From Planctomycetota bacterium (GTDB taxonomy: Bacteria > Planctomycetota > B15-G4), in contig JAQWOM010000056.1 in assembly GCA_029245865.1 (NCBI GenBank), forward strand, positions 30,417 through 94,416: a DNA stretch of 64,000 nucleotides, in the 5' to 3' direction. The notes beneath the pieces were generated by a model, which did no database searches, had not been told where the DNA came from, and saw only the letters and a list, made by a program, of their open reading frames with translations. How positions within the stretch are numbered: position 1 is the first letter of the stretch; every line of letters starts with the position of its first letter. Of this stretch, positions 48,503 through 58,393 are shown piece by piece. The position numbers were made by a program, and so were the translations under genes.

Positions 48503-50437
48503 TCACGGCGTCGTGGCGCGCAATCCGTTCGAACCGATCCAGCCCAGCTTGCCGGTGGCATCCTGCTGCCAGGACTGAAACCAGATGTTCGTGCCGGCGG
48601 GAAGGCCTGGTGACCAGGGCACCGTGACAGACCACCCGCCCTCCGCATCTGTGCCAAAAACGCGAATGATGTCTGGCGAAGGAACAAAGACACCCCCCTC
48701 GAAGGGCAGTTGCACCGAGGTCGTTGCGAGCACAAAGTAAACCAAGCTGCTTGGCTTCGCGTTCGTCAAGGAGAGTGACGTCAGTTGGCCGGCCACGAGA
48801 TCACCCGTGCCGCGAATCTGCGGCACGCCATGCGCGCCCCCGATGCCGAGGCCGACACGTGTCCAGTTGTCATCCTCCGGCGGCGTCACAACGAGCGTCT
48901 GATTCACGGCGACGTTGTTCATCACGGTGACCATCCCGTTCGACCACTCCACGCGCAGTTCGTCGATGCTCGTGGCGGCGCCAAGTCCGAAATGCGCCGA
49001 GAGTTCACTGGAACTCAGATAGTTGTCACCGCCAAAAACATGGCGGTATTGAGTGGACGTCCCCACCGTGGCAGAGATCACGGTGCCGTAGCCATCCGCG
49101 GCGAGGTCATCGTTCGCCGTCGTGTCCAGGAACACGCGCAACCAGGCGATCTCTGAACCGCCGAGGTCGTTGTTCCAGAGAGTGAAGAGCCCGAAGTTCG
49201 TGAAGATACCGATGTCCTGGTCGCCGTCATCGTCGTAGTCGAGGTTGACCATCCCGCGCCCGGCATTGGAATGATCGAGGCCCAATGCGAGGGCCGACTC
49301 TGTGAAGCTGCCGTTGCCATTGCTCATGAACAGGTAGGACTGCTCGTTCAGAAACAAGTGCGTTGAGTTGTCACCGTTCGTTTCGGCGATGTCGAGGAAG
49401 CCGTCGTGGTCGAAGTCAACGCTCACCGCGCCCCAGCCGTAACCACCATCACCGACCCCGGCGGATGCACTGACTTCCGCGAGCGGTCCCGTGGACTTGT
49501 TCAGGTAGAGCTTGTTGCCTGTCCAGCCAACCGAGGGCCAGTGAATCGAACAGACGTACCAGTCGAATCGTCCGTCGTTGTCAAAATCTCCGACGGTCTG
49601 CCCCATACCGTTCTCATCCTGATTCGCGTTCTTCGCGAGAGTCACGTCGGTGAACGTGCCATCCGCTTCGTTCTGGAAGTAACGACTCGTCCCATAGTCA
49701 CCGACCAGCAGCAGCTCTGGATACTTGTCACCATCCATGTCGACGAAACGGGGTGCGAACCCCTTGACCGTGATGGTCGTGCCACTCCAGAAGCCGATCG
49801 CATCCGTCACGTCAGTGAAGGTGCCATCCCCATCGTTCTGAAAGAGTCGACTGCCTGCGTTGTTGGTCTTCCAGCCGGCGACGAACAGATCGAGGTCGCC
49901 ATCCAGGTCGTAGTCACCGAAGGCTGAGCCGTAGCCATCCTCCGTAACGGCGGAGAAAGCCACACCGGCTGCGACTGCCACATCGGTGAACGAGTTGTTC
50001 CCGTTGTTTCGAAAGAGCTTGTGCTTGCCCGGGCTCTGGTTTCCAACGGCCCCTGCACTGGTCACATACATGTCGAGCCAGCCGTCGTCATTGTAGTCGC
50101 CGCTGGTGGCCGCCTTGCCAAGATGGACGGTGGTCATGCCCCAGGCGGCGGCGCTGTCCGTGAACGTTCCATCCCCGTTGTTGATGAACAGGTGGTCGAG
50201 CCCGCTGCCTCCACTCACGCCAAAAATGTCGGTGCTGCCGTTGCGGTCGTAATCGCCCACCGTCCCGCCGCCCGTGTAGTCCGACTTGTTGAACACATGG
50301 GGGTTCTGATGCATGAAATCGACGCCAGCCGCCCCAGCCTGGTTGGAGAAACTGGGCACTCCATCCTGGGCCCCAAGCGGCGCAGCGACGAGGCTGCAGA
50401 AGAAAGCGAGACCGAGCGGCATCCGAAGCATGGGCAT
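48503..50437 (-). CDS. Secreted FG-GAP/VCBS repeat protein with ASPIC/UnbV domain (CRTAC1-like) and C-terminal beta domain
   Basis: Repeated D-[YF]-D-x-DG-x-x-D and N-x-GDGTFTD units; YLS...HFGLG...VEW-x-x-G. Confidence 0.9.
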   Translation of the reverse strand: MPMLRMPLGLAFFCSLVAAPLGAQDGVPSFSNQAGAAGVDFMHQNPHVFNKSDYTGGGTVGDYDRNGSTDIFGVSGGSGLDHLFINNGDGTFTDSAAAWGMTTVHLGKAATSGDYNDDGWLDMYVTSAGAVGNQSPGKHKLFRNNGNNSFTDVAVAAGVAFSAVTEDGYGSAFGDYDLDGDLDLFVAGWKTNNAGSRLFQNDGDGTFTDVTDAIGFWSGTTITVKGFAPRFVDMDGDKYPELLLVGDYGTSRYFQNEADGTFTDVTLAKNANQDENGMGQTVGDFDNDGRFDWYVCSIHWPSVGWTGNKLYLNKSTGPLAEVSASAGVGDGGYGWGAVSVDFDHDGFLDIAETNGDNSTHLFLNEQSYLFMSNGNGSFTESALALGLDHSNAGRGMVNLDYDDDGDQDIGIFTNFGLFTLWNNDLGGSEIAWLRVFLDTTANDDLAADGYGTVISATVGTSTQYRHVFGGDNYLSSSELSAHFGLGAATSIDELRVEWSNGMVTVMNNVAVNQTLVVTPPEDDNWTRVGLGIGGAHGVPQIRGTGDLVAGQLTSLSLTNAKPSSLVYFVLATTSVQLPFEGGVFVPSPDIIRVFGTDAEGGWSVTVPWSPGLPAGTNIWFQSWQQDATGKLGWIGSNGLRATTP

Positions 50438-50781
50438 TCTCCGTGGTTTGGCCTGCAGGCCACCCTACGCACTCAGCCGCTCTGTGCATATGCATTTTTT
50501 ATGTATATGCGTGACAGGCCCGAGAGCAAAACGCCCCCGGAGCGCCCTTCGCACGCTCGCTGGCGAGCGGGTGTGAATGCGCAGAGAGCTCGTAGGCATG
50601 CCAACTCACAGCGATGAAAGCACTTAGGATTCAACTGAAACAGATGTCCTGGCTCGCTCTTAACGGATCTTTGCTCTTACTATGCTGAAGTAAGAACTGA
50701 GTGGCTGGAGCGCCGCCGGGAGGGCCGAGCCCGGGACCAAGGCTTTCATGACACGCAGTACGACCACGGGCGGAGGCTGAG

Positions 50782-52461
50782 ATGAGCGCTTGTTTGGTCA
50801 TCGCGGGCTTTCATCGATCGGGAACTTCCCTTGCGGCCGAGATGTTGCAAGGGGCGGGGCTCTACCTTGGCGAGCAGCTCGGGGCCCCTGACCGTTTCAA
50901 CCCCAGGGGGCACTTCGAAGACCGTGTTGTCGTCGACCTACATGACGGGCTGTTGAAGCAACACGGATCGAATTGGCAGTTTTGTGATGAAGTCCAATTG
51001 CACAAGACGACCGCGGCGCATCAGGAGATGCGCGAGTTGGTGGAATCCAGAAACGCCGCCGGCTTGAACTGGGGCTTCAAGGATCCACGCGTTTGTCTTT
51101 TCTTGGACGACTGGCTAAGCACAAATCCTGAGATGCGTGTCTTGATCATTTATAGACACTGGGTGGAGTGCGTTCGCTCAATCCACTCGCGTGCAGCTAC
51201 GTTGCTCTGCACGAATCTTCCCGAAGTTGGTGGAGACCAACTCGCATTGTTCAGCGATCCGGAACTGCCGCTAAAAATGTGGCTGGCCTACAATCGCCGA
51301 CTGATCGCGTACGCCAGCAAGTATCCCAAGACATCGCTCGTCGTCCCTCACCACACTCTCATTGAGGGGTATCCATTGATCGATCGCGTTCGGACGGAGC
51401 TGCAAATTGAGTTGTCGCCCCCGCAAGAGAACGTTACGGATACGAGCCTCCTCCATCACAACGTTGATGACCCTCGGCCCGATTGGATCTCAGCAGGGCT
51501 TGTCGAGCAGCTCGACCAGACCTGGGAATCGCTGAACAAGCAGGCCAACGTTTGTTCCGTTGCGCCGCCCAGGCGCACGAGTGCACTCGCGCCGAGTACG
51601 AAACTGCAGAGAGAGATTGAGCTCAAACTGGGCGATCCTCCTGCCAGTCAGGCAAGCGGCCTCGCTCCGGACATCAAACCTTTGGATGCGAGTGCTGAGG
51701 CTTGTCGTTTAGAGGCGGAGCGGCTGTTTCGGGCCGGGGAGGCGCGCGCAGCACTCGAGTGGGCGCAACGTGCCTGCAGCATTCAATCGTCAGCCTCCGC
51801 ACTCACCATTCTCGGCCGCATTCAGCTTCGCTTGGTCGATTTTGGAGCCGCCCGTATCTCCTTGCTTCGAGCAATCGAGATCGCTCCCGACCAGCCGTTG
51901 CTCCAACTTCATCTCGCCAATGTCGAGGCCGCGTCTGGTGACATGAAGGAAGCATTGAACAGAGCCGAAGCGGCCATTGCGATGAAACCCAAGAACACCA
52001 CGCCCTTCTTGGCGAGACGCGGCTGGCTGCGTCGGTGGAACGGAATATTAGATGGTGCAATGGATGATTTTCGCAATGTTCTGCGATGCGATCCCCAGCA
52101 CGTCGATGCGTGGCTCGGAAAAATTAGTGTCTATCGCCATCGCGCTGAGTTCGAGCAAGCGCTTAACGCCGCAGATTCACTGCTCGAGTTTCACCCAGAT
52201 CTCGTGCGAGCCCAGACAGCGCGTGCCTTGGTCTTGATGGAGCTGGGAAAGTCCAAGGAGGGTGTGGAAGCCCATGATCAAGCGGTTCGCCTCGCGTTCG
52301 ATAGGCACCTGCTGCGTGCCCGACTCGAAACGAGTTATCTGCCAGAGATGCCAACCGAGACTGCGCGAGGCAACTTCCTTTCGGCGGTTGCAAAATACCT
52401 GCCGAACCTGATGCCGCAAGATGCAGAATCGAGTTCAGATCAGACTTCTCAAGATTCCTGA
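50782..52461 (+). CDS. Sulfotransferase-family protein with C-terminal TPRs
   Basis: GFHRSGTS (PAPS 5'-binding loop), NPRGHFED and WGFKDPR; TPR-like helices after about residue 300. Confidence 0.87.
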   Translation: MSACLVIAGFHRSGTSLAAEMLQGAGLYLGEQLGAPDRFNPRGHFEDRVVVDLHDGLLKQHGSNWQFCDEVQLHKTTAAHQEMRELVESRNAAGLNWGFKDPRVCLFLDDWLSTNPEMRVLIIYRHWVECVRSIHSRAATLLCTNLPEVGGDQLALFSDPELPLKMWLAYNRRLIAYASKYPKTSLVVPHHTLIEGYPLIDRVRTELQIELSPPQENVTDTSLLHHNVDDPRPDWISAGLVEQLDQTWESLNKQANVCSVAPPRRTSALAPSTKLQREIELKLGDPPASQASGLAPDIKPLDASAEACRLEAERLFRAGEARAALEWAQRACSIQSSASALTILGRIQLRLVDFGAARISLLRAIEIAPDQPLLQLHLANVEAASGDMKEALNRAEAAIAMKPKNTTPFLARRGWLRRWNGILDGAMDDFRNVLRCDPQHVDAWLGKISVYRHRAEFEQALNAADSLLEFHPDLVRAQTARALVLMELGKSKEGVEAHDQAVRLAFDRHLLRARLETSYLPEMPTETARGNFLSAVAKYLPNLMPQDAESSSDQTSQDS

Positions 52462-52529
52462 TTCGAATCGCAAGAACCTGGACGCACTGATTCACCTTTT
52501 CCCAACACGCCTGACCGCGGTACCCAGGG

Positions 52530-53459
52530 TCAGTCGCTGTCCGCGTTCAGGGCCTGCATGGCGGCAGCGATGGGGACAAACTCCAGTACCTGAGCGTGAT
52601 TGGAAGCGGTTAGCTTCAGCGGTCCTATTTCCAAGCCCCATGCCATGCCAGTCACTGAATAAAAAACACCGACCAATTCGAGACGCTCGGCATCCGCATT
52701 CCACAGAAAGACACCGCTCCCCGAGTGACCTGTGGGTGCCGGCCAGTCGGGCGGGTATTGGATACCGGCCCTGCCGTCTTCGGGGTCGTGGATGACCTTC
52801 CCGCGCAGAGTGTAGGGGCCAGACTGAACGAATCTTAGATGGGCCCGAGACCTCTCCTCGTCGCTGGATGCCTCGTCCTCTTCTTCTTCATTGAAAATCG
52901 GGGAGAAACCCAGAACGAAGAGTTCGGTTCCCTCCGGGACCACCCAGTTGGGGTCCGTCGCCGCTGGGTGGATGAAGGCCACTTCGTCGAGATCCCAGAA
53001 CGGCTTGTCGGTCTCGATCAGCGCCCAATCCGAACGTCCTATGCTGGCTTCTGTCGCTTCCCCATCCGGCCCGTACTCCAGACTCTCCTCTCCCGAAGCC
53101 GCGAGTCGAAACTGCCGCCCGGAGATCTTGTGGTGGACAACCGAGATCTTTCCCCCGCCTTCGATGGTGTGGACATGGGCGGGCCCCTCCTCGTAGCCCC
53201 AGATCTCCTGATTCAGGGGCAACTCGCTCGCCCACCAACGAAGTCCGCCCCCCCATATGTGAGCATTGGTCAAAAGATGACGGGGGCTCACCGCAACCGC
53301 AGAGCCCCGAACGCCAGACTGCTCCGCTATCCAGAGAGCAGAGGCAACCTGCTCATCGGGTATGAAGTCGGGTCGCTGATCCACCACATGAACCGGCGCC
53401 CGACAGGCGCTTAGCAACATGACAAGCGTGCATGCTGCAAAGTTGATTCGCGTGTTCAT
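52530..53459 (-). CDS. Trypsin-like serine protease lipoprotein
   Basis: LLSAC lipobox; LLTNAH (His), DWALI (Asp) and GHSGSGV (Ser). Confidence 0.78.
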   Translation of the reverse strand: MNTRINFAACTLVMLLSACRAPVHVVDQRPDFIPDEQVASALWIAEQSGVRGSAVAVSPRHLLTNAHIWGGGLRWWASELPLNQEIWGYEEGPAHVHTIEGGGKISVVHHKISGRQFRLAASGEESLEYGPDGEATEASIGRSDWALIETDKPFWDLDEVAFIHPAATDPNWVVPEGTELFVLGFSPIFNEEEEDEASSDEERSRAHLRFVQSGPYTLRGKVIHDPEDGRAGIQYPPDWPAPTGHSGSGVFLWNADAERLELVGVFYSVTGMAWGLEIGPLKLTASNHAQVLEFVPIAAAMQALNADSD

Positions 53460-53504
53460 GATCGGCCAGGACTCCTTTGAGGACCTCGGTTTCCGCCTTA
53501 GGCC

Positions 53505-54296
53505 CTAATCGTCCGACTCGGCCTGAACCTGCTCAAGCGCGTGGTGTGCCACGTGCGCCACGAAGAGGCACACGACGACGGTCACCAGGAAGCCGGCAAA
53601 CAGGCTGATCTCGTGGGCCATGCTGAGCTTGTCGACACCGGCACTTTTCTGAGCGACGTGCCGGGCCACCGTGCCGAAATAAACCGTCGAGAAATTGCCG
53701 GGGATGACGGCCACCAGCGACAACAGGTACGGCGCCAACCGCACGTCGCTTGCACCACAGATGGCGTTAAAGATCGAGAAGTTGAACGGCGCCAGGCGCA
53801 TCAGCGCCATCAGCTTGAAGCCCTTGGAAGAGACAGCCGATTGCACGGCCTTCATCTTGGGGTGGCGCTCGAGCAAGTGATCGAAACGGTTCCTGAAGAT
53901 TCGCCGGTAGATAAAAAAGGCGAAAAGTGCCGCGACCACGTTGGCGGCACTGACAACCAGAGTCCCTTCCCACAAACCGAAAGCCACACCCCCCGCGATG
54001 GCCAGAAGGAACTCGGGGAGTTGAAGCAACGTCAAGATCGAGAACGCGACGACAAACACCGCCGGCCCCCACCACCCAAGAGATTGGATCCAGAGCTCGA
54101 ACCGAGGCAACTCTGCACCAAACCACTTGCCGAGAAACACCGTGAAGGCGATGGCCGCGATCATGCTGACGAGAACAAGCGAGATCTTCTTCCAGCGCGT
54201 AGAACTCGTGGCCACGGCCTGAACCGAGTGTCGGATTGTTGGCCTGACCGGCGCAGAAGAGGTCTCGTTGTTCATCAGGTCACGATCCCCGTTCAA
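53505..54296 (-). CDS. TVP38/TMEM64 (DedA/VTT) membrane protein
   Basis: Motifs LGWWGP, GG-x-x-FG-x-x-x-G, LMRL-x-P and N-x-x-x-G. Confidence 0.87.
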   Translation of the reverse strand: MNGDRDLMNNETSSAPVRPTIRHSVQAVATSSTRWKKISLVLVSMIAAIAFTVFLGKWFGAELPRFELWIQSLGWWGPAVFVVAFSILTLLQLPEFLLAIAGGVAFGLWEGTLVVSAANVVAALFAFFIYRRIFRNRFDHLLERHPKMKAVQSAVSSKGFKLMALMRLAPFNFSIFNAICGASDVRLAPYLLSLVAVIPGNFSTVYFGTVARHVAQKSAGVDKLSMAHEISLFAGFLVTVVVCLFVAHVAHHALEQVQAESDD

Positions 54297-55756
54297 CGAT
54301 CGGTTGGCAACACCCAGATGTTCCGATAACGCACGGCATCACCGTGCTCCTGAAGCAGCAGCGGGCCAACCGGCATTTCGACCTCGGACACACCCCCGGC
54401 CGTCGCACTGTCGATCTCCACATCGTCGTGCACGAGAAGGCCGTTGTGCCAGGCTGTCATGCGGGCAGCCGCAGTCTTCGCCCCATCCGCATCAAAACGC
54501 GGGGCCGTGAAAAGGATGTCATAGGATTGCCAGCGCTCGGGCGGTCGCGTGGCGACCTGGTCGGCGAGATGCTTGCCATAAATCGCTCCACATGTGCCAA
54601 GGCCGCCCTCACGTTCATGTGAATCCAGCACCTGCACTTCGTAGCGACCCTGGATGTAAACGCCGCTGTTGCCCCGGGCCTGTCCCTCATCTTCTGGCTC
54701 GAGTGGCGTGCTGAACTCGACGTGGTAAAGCCCATCACCAAAAGAAGCTGCCGACACGAGATCACCAGTCCCTGGCACCACTTCGATGGCAGCACGCGGC
54801 TCCTCTGCGGAAGCATCATCAACCCACCAGGCGATGGGCTTCCCGTCGCGATGGGCCCAAAGGCCCTCGGACACCTCGCCACTCGGCCCGAGCAACACGG
54901 TCGCTCCCTCGGGAACGGGCGCCGGCAGATCAGGGCCGTCAATGGTCCAGGTCAGGGCACCCAGCACGTGCTGTAGAAAGGTCGCGTCTTCCCAGAGTTC
55001 AGTTCGATGACCCAGGGCGGAGTAGAACACGCGCCCTTCTCCATAGTCACGCCACCAAGCCACTGCATAACGACCGTCGTCTCGCTTGCCAAGGCTGGCA
55101 TCCACCGATGCGGTGTCCAACTCCAACAGAATGCGCAAGGGCTCGGGACGCCATGCGCGGAATTGGTAGAGCTCATCGGTCAGCGCCCAACTGTCCTCGA
55201 GGTGTTGCGTCGCCGGGTGTTCATTCGAAGTGACCTCCAGGGCTAGCTCCTGGTGCCATGGGTGTCCGTCGAAAGTTCCACCGACCATTTCGCGATAGGT
55301 TGGAAATTCGTAGAACGTGTCACTGGCAGAATGCAGCCCGAGAAACGCCCCGCCACCTCGAATCCAGGAGAGCAGCGCTTCGCGATCATCGAGGTCTACG
55401 GGCAACTCGCCCGAGGTGAAGAACACCACCGCATCGAAGTCGGATAAACCCTCTGCGCTGAGAACGTCGCAATCCTGCGTGACGGTCACATCAAAAGACC
55501 CTTTCGCCGCAGTCAGCAAGGACTTCTCAGCATAGCTGAGTTGCTCCGACGTCGCGCGTTTCACCACAGCGTGCTCGTAGCCCGCGGAGTGCGTCAAAAA
55601 AAGAACCCGCGGCAGCACCTCTTCGGCGCTCTCTGTGCCTGACGACTGACCGCTCGCGAGACGCGCCATCAGGCACGCCAGCAACACGAGGCCCACGCAT
55701 GCCTGGCTCCATGCTCTGCCATCTCGATCTCGACACCTGCTGAGCGGTGACTTCAT
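54293..55756 (-). CDS. Secreted ThuA-like plus DUF1080 (3-keto-disaccharide hydrolase-like) protein
   Basis: ThuA motifs GYEH, GLHSASDT, F-x-GHPW, DELY and GRVFYSALGH; DUF1080 motifs GNSGVY-x-QGRYEVQVLDS, WQSYDI-x-F-x-APRF and LQ-x-HG-x-x-V-x-YRNIW. Confidence 0.88.
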   Translation of the reverse strand: MKSPLSRCRDRDGRAWSQACVGLVLLACLMARLASGQSSGTESAEEVLPRVLFLTHSAGYEHAVVKRATSEQLSYAEKSLLTAAKGSFDVTVTQDCDVLSAEGLSDFDAVVFFTSGELPVDLDDREALLSWIRGGGAFLGLHSASDTFYEFPTYREMVGGTFDGHPWHQELALEVTSNEHPATQHLEDSWALTDELYQFRAWRPEPLRILLELDTASVDASLGKRDDGRYAVAWWRDYGEGRVFYSALGHRTELWEDATFLQHVLGALTWTIDGPDLPAPVPEGATVLLGPSGEVSEGLWAHRDGKPIAWWVDDASAEEPRAAIEVVPGTGDLVSAASFGDGLYHVEFSTPLEPEDEGQARGNSGVYIQGRYEVQVLDSHEREGGLGTCGAIYGKHLADQVATRPPERWQSYDILFTAPRFDADGAKTAAARMTAWHNGLLVHDDVEIDSATAGGVSEVEMPVGPLLLQEHGDAVRYRNIWVLPTDR

Positions 55757-55903
55757 GGGCCTTGATCCACCGAGAACTCCGACTGAACCGCGAGCCCCCA
55801 TCGTAGCTGGACACCCGCTAGCCTCGCGAGGCCGAGGAGAACTTCTGGCGGCAGTCTGGGCAGAGGAAGACGCTTTGCCCGACTGGCAGCCCCTCCGGCC
55901 CCC

Positions 55904-56034
55904 CTTTTCGGGTTCGACGCGGCAGAGTTCAGGACAACTGAGACGTGTGTCTCAGCTTCCCTCGCGATAACTTAGGAGGGTGGCTGGCCGAGACGGCCAA
56001 CCAGAACATGAACTCGGCTCGTGATCTCGAGAAG
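55904..56034. ncRNA. Candidate structured RNA (long closing stem enclosing three hairpins)
   Basis: Manual pairing; see findings. No known family recognised. Confidence 0.35.
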
Positions 56035-56072
56035 ACCGCGGGCCTCCTCAATCCAACAGTCGGCCCCTGACC

Positions 56073-57272
56073 ATGCCTGAGACCTCCGCCGAGATCATGA
56101 CCGCCGAGGATCACTGGCAGATCCCGACCTACACGCACATGCCCATTGCGGTTGTACGTGGAAAAGGCTCATACGTAGAAAACGCCGAAGGAGATCGCTA
56201 TCTCGATCTCTACGGCGGCCACTGTGTCGCCTTGGTGGGGCACAGTCACCCGACACTGGTCCAGGCCATCCGTGAACAAGCAGACAAGCTGCTGTTCTAC
56301 AGCAACGTGGTCTACAACGATGCGCGGGCACGTGCCGCAGCCGCTGTGACCTCCATAGCGCCAGAAGGCCTGCGCCGTGTGTTCTTCTGCAACAGTGGCA
56401 CCGAAGCAAACGAAGCCGCTCTGAAGATTGCGCGAAAGCACACCGGGCGCTCACACGTTGTCTCCATGGTCGATGGATTTCACGGCCGTACCTTGGGCTC
56501 ACTGGGCGCGACCGGACCTGACAAGTTTCGCGATCCGAACTGGCCCGTCTCAACCGACCACACGCGCATACCCTATGGCGATCTACCCGCCTTGCAGAGC
56601 GCCATGGGCAAGCACGTGGCAGCCGTGATGCTTGAACCGATTCCCTCAATGGGCGGCATCCGCGTTGCCGACAAGCAATGGTTTTCGAAGTTACGTGAAC
56701 TCTGCGACACCCACGGCACGCTACTTCTCTTCGACGAGGTCCAGACCGGATTTGGCCGCACGGGGACAATCTTCTTTGGCGAACAGATGGGGATCACCCC
56801 AGACATCATCACGGCAGCCAAGGGCGTGGCGGGTGGAGTGCCCGCGGGCCTTGCCTTGATCCGTGAGGACATTTCCGACGCCGTCGAACTCGGCGACCAG
56901 GGAACAACTTTTGGCGGAGGGCCCTTGGCCAGCGCGGCCATGGAAGCTGTGATTTCTATTCTGCGCGAAGAGAACCTGCCTGCCAACGCGGCGCACATGG
57001 AGCGCTGGTTTCAAGACCGAGTCGGCTCGATCCCTGGGGTCTCCCGCGTTTCTGGCCGAGGACTCCTTCTGGGCATCGACCTCGACCGGCCTGCCAAACC
57101 GATCGTGGCCGCGCTGCGTGAACATCGCATCCTCTCCGGGGCCAGCACGGGCAATCTTCACCAGATCCGACTTCTTCCACCCCTGACACTCACCGAGGAA
57201 GAAGCCGAACCTTTTGCGCTCGCCCTCGAGCAGGTGCTCGCCGAAACATCCGCTCCAGATTCCATGTCGTAA
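56073..57272 (+). CDS. argD: Class III aminotransferase (acetylornithine / LysW-lysine aminotransferase type)
   Basis: Motifs GHSHP, FFCNSGTEANEAALK-x-ARK, FHGRT-x-G, DEVQTGFGRTG, AKG and TTFGGGPLA. ArgD versus LysJ is not resolved. Confidence 0.8.
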   Translation: MPETSAEIMTAEDHWQIPTYTHMPIAVVRGKGSYVENAEGDRYLDLYGGHCVALVGHSHPTLVQAIREQADKLLFYSNVVYNDARARAAAAVTSIAPEGLRRVFFCNSGTEANEAALKIARKHTGRSHVVSMVDGFHGRTLGSLGATGPDKFRDPNWPVSTDHTRIPYGDLPALQSAMGKHVAAVMLEPIPSMGGIRVADKQWFSKLRELCDTHGTLLLFDEVQTGFGRTGTIFFGEQMGITPDIITAAKGVAGGVPAGLALIREDISDAVELGDQGTTFGGGPLASAAMEAVISILREENLPANAAHMERWFQDRVGSIPGVSRVSGRGLLLGIDLDRPAKPIVAALREHRILSGASTGNLHQIRLLPPLTLTEEEAEPFALALEQVLAETSAPDSMS

Positions 57273-57317
57273 GCTGGACGCCTTCTCGCACCGCCCCCTG
57301 AACCCCGAGATGTGGAC

Positions 57318-57812
57318 ATGCCTCATCGTCTCTTGCAAATCATGCTGTCCGCGACCCTGACGTTCGGCGCCCTCGCGCTGTCCTTGGGCTGCAGTGCCGA
57401 ACCCCGCCCGAAAGTCAGCGGCTGGGAAGCTTTTGGCGCCCAGATCTCCGAGGGGCAGCCGCTCTCGCTCACAGAGCTTCTGAGTGATCCCGAACAATAC
57501 AACGGCAAGACAGTCCTTCTAGAAGCTCCCATTGCGGAGTGCTGCCAGAACAAAGGCTGCTGGATGACCTTTGAACTCGAAGAACAATCTGTACGCGTGA
57601 AGTTTCTCGACTACGGCTTCTTTGTTCCACTCGACTCGGCTGGTCACACTGCCCGACTCGAAGGCGTGTTTGCCATTCGCGACATCCCTGCCGATGAAGC
57701 ACGCCATTACCTGGAAGATGCAGGGCACCTCGAAGAAGCTGCGGCCATCTCCGAGCCGCAGCGCGGCTTTGAGATCATCGCCAACGGGGTGCTGCTTACA
57801 TCTGAGAGCTAA
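57318..57812 (+). CDS. DUF4920 family lipoprotein (OB-fold)
   Basis: LSLGC lipobox; C-x-x-KGCWM...RVKF-x-DYGFFVP...ARHY-x-EDAG. Confidence 0.85.
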   Translation: MPHRLLQIMLSATLTFGALALSLGCSAEPRPKVSGWEAFGAQISEGQPLSLTELLSDPEQYNGKTVLLEAPIAECCQNKGCWMTFELEEQSVRVKFLDYGFFVPLDSAGHTARLEGVFAIRDIPADEARHYLEDAGHLEEAAAISEPQRGFEIIANGVLLTSES

Positions 57813-57823
57813 ACCTGTATGGC

Positions 57824-58393
57824 CTAACGTTTCGCGCCATGTTCGGGCTCGCCCCCTTCGCTGTAATACGCACGGGCAAAGTTGAGGAACTGCTCGTCGA
57901 GAAATTCTTCGACGGGCATCTCTCCGCGACTGCGGCACGACGGAGTCTCGATCCTCTCAACGGGCAGGTCGTGATCGCGCACCATGGCGTGACACTCTGT
58001 CAGCAAGTGCCCCTCGCCCTCGGGAGCCAGTAAGAAGGCCAGCCGAGAAAGATCCCGGACGGGGCGCCCGAGTGCATCGGAGTGCGAGGACTGAGCCGTC
58101 ATCTCGATCATGTACCGGCCGTCAAAGAGACGGCGAGACAGGCGGAAACCTGGGGACTCTTCCATGAATTCCCGCGCGAGGCCCTCAATTCGGCCCCTCA
58201 CGACATCCACGAAGTCCAGTGCATTGAGGTGGCCCTGAAGTTCTTCAAGCAACCGAGAATTCTCGCGCTCTTTGACTGCGGCACGACGTTCTTCGCCACG
58301 CGTGCGAAACCTCCGGATGTGCTGGAGGAAGGGCATGCCCTTGGAAGAAGAGGAGGAGGACAGGAAATCGGAACGCGCTGATGAGATAGACAT
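57824..58393 (-). CDS. Hypothetical protein
   Basis: Protein-like ORF with an AAAGGA RBS upstream of ATG 58393; no recognisable motif. Confidence 0.6.
   Translation of the reverse strand: MSISSARSDFLSSSSSSKGMPFLQHIRRFRTRGEERRAAVKERENSRLLEELQGHLNALDFVDVVRGRIEGLAREFMEESPGFRLSRRLFDGRYMIEMTAQSSHSDALGRPVRDLSRLAFLLAPEGEGHLLTECHAMVRDHDLPVERIETPSCRSRGEMPVEEFLDEQFLNFARAYYSEGGEPEHGAKR

Noticed and set aside
49100-50300. Repeated DNA-like segments in the FG-GAP gene
   Set aside because: Protein-level beta-propeller repeats, fully explained by the CDS.
50500-53500. Possible genomic island (sulfotransferase-TPR and protease region looks less GC-rich by eye)
   Set aside because: No integrase, transposase, tRNA or flanking direct repeats are visible, and the compositional shift was not quantified.
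55860-56072. Known riboswitch (lysine, TPP, ZTP, SAM) upstream of the aminotransferase
   Set aside because: Only fragments such as CTGAGA or GACTGGC are present, and the full consensus and architecture of these classes is not matched. Kept only as an unclassified structured element.
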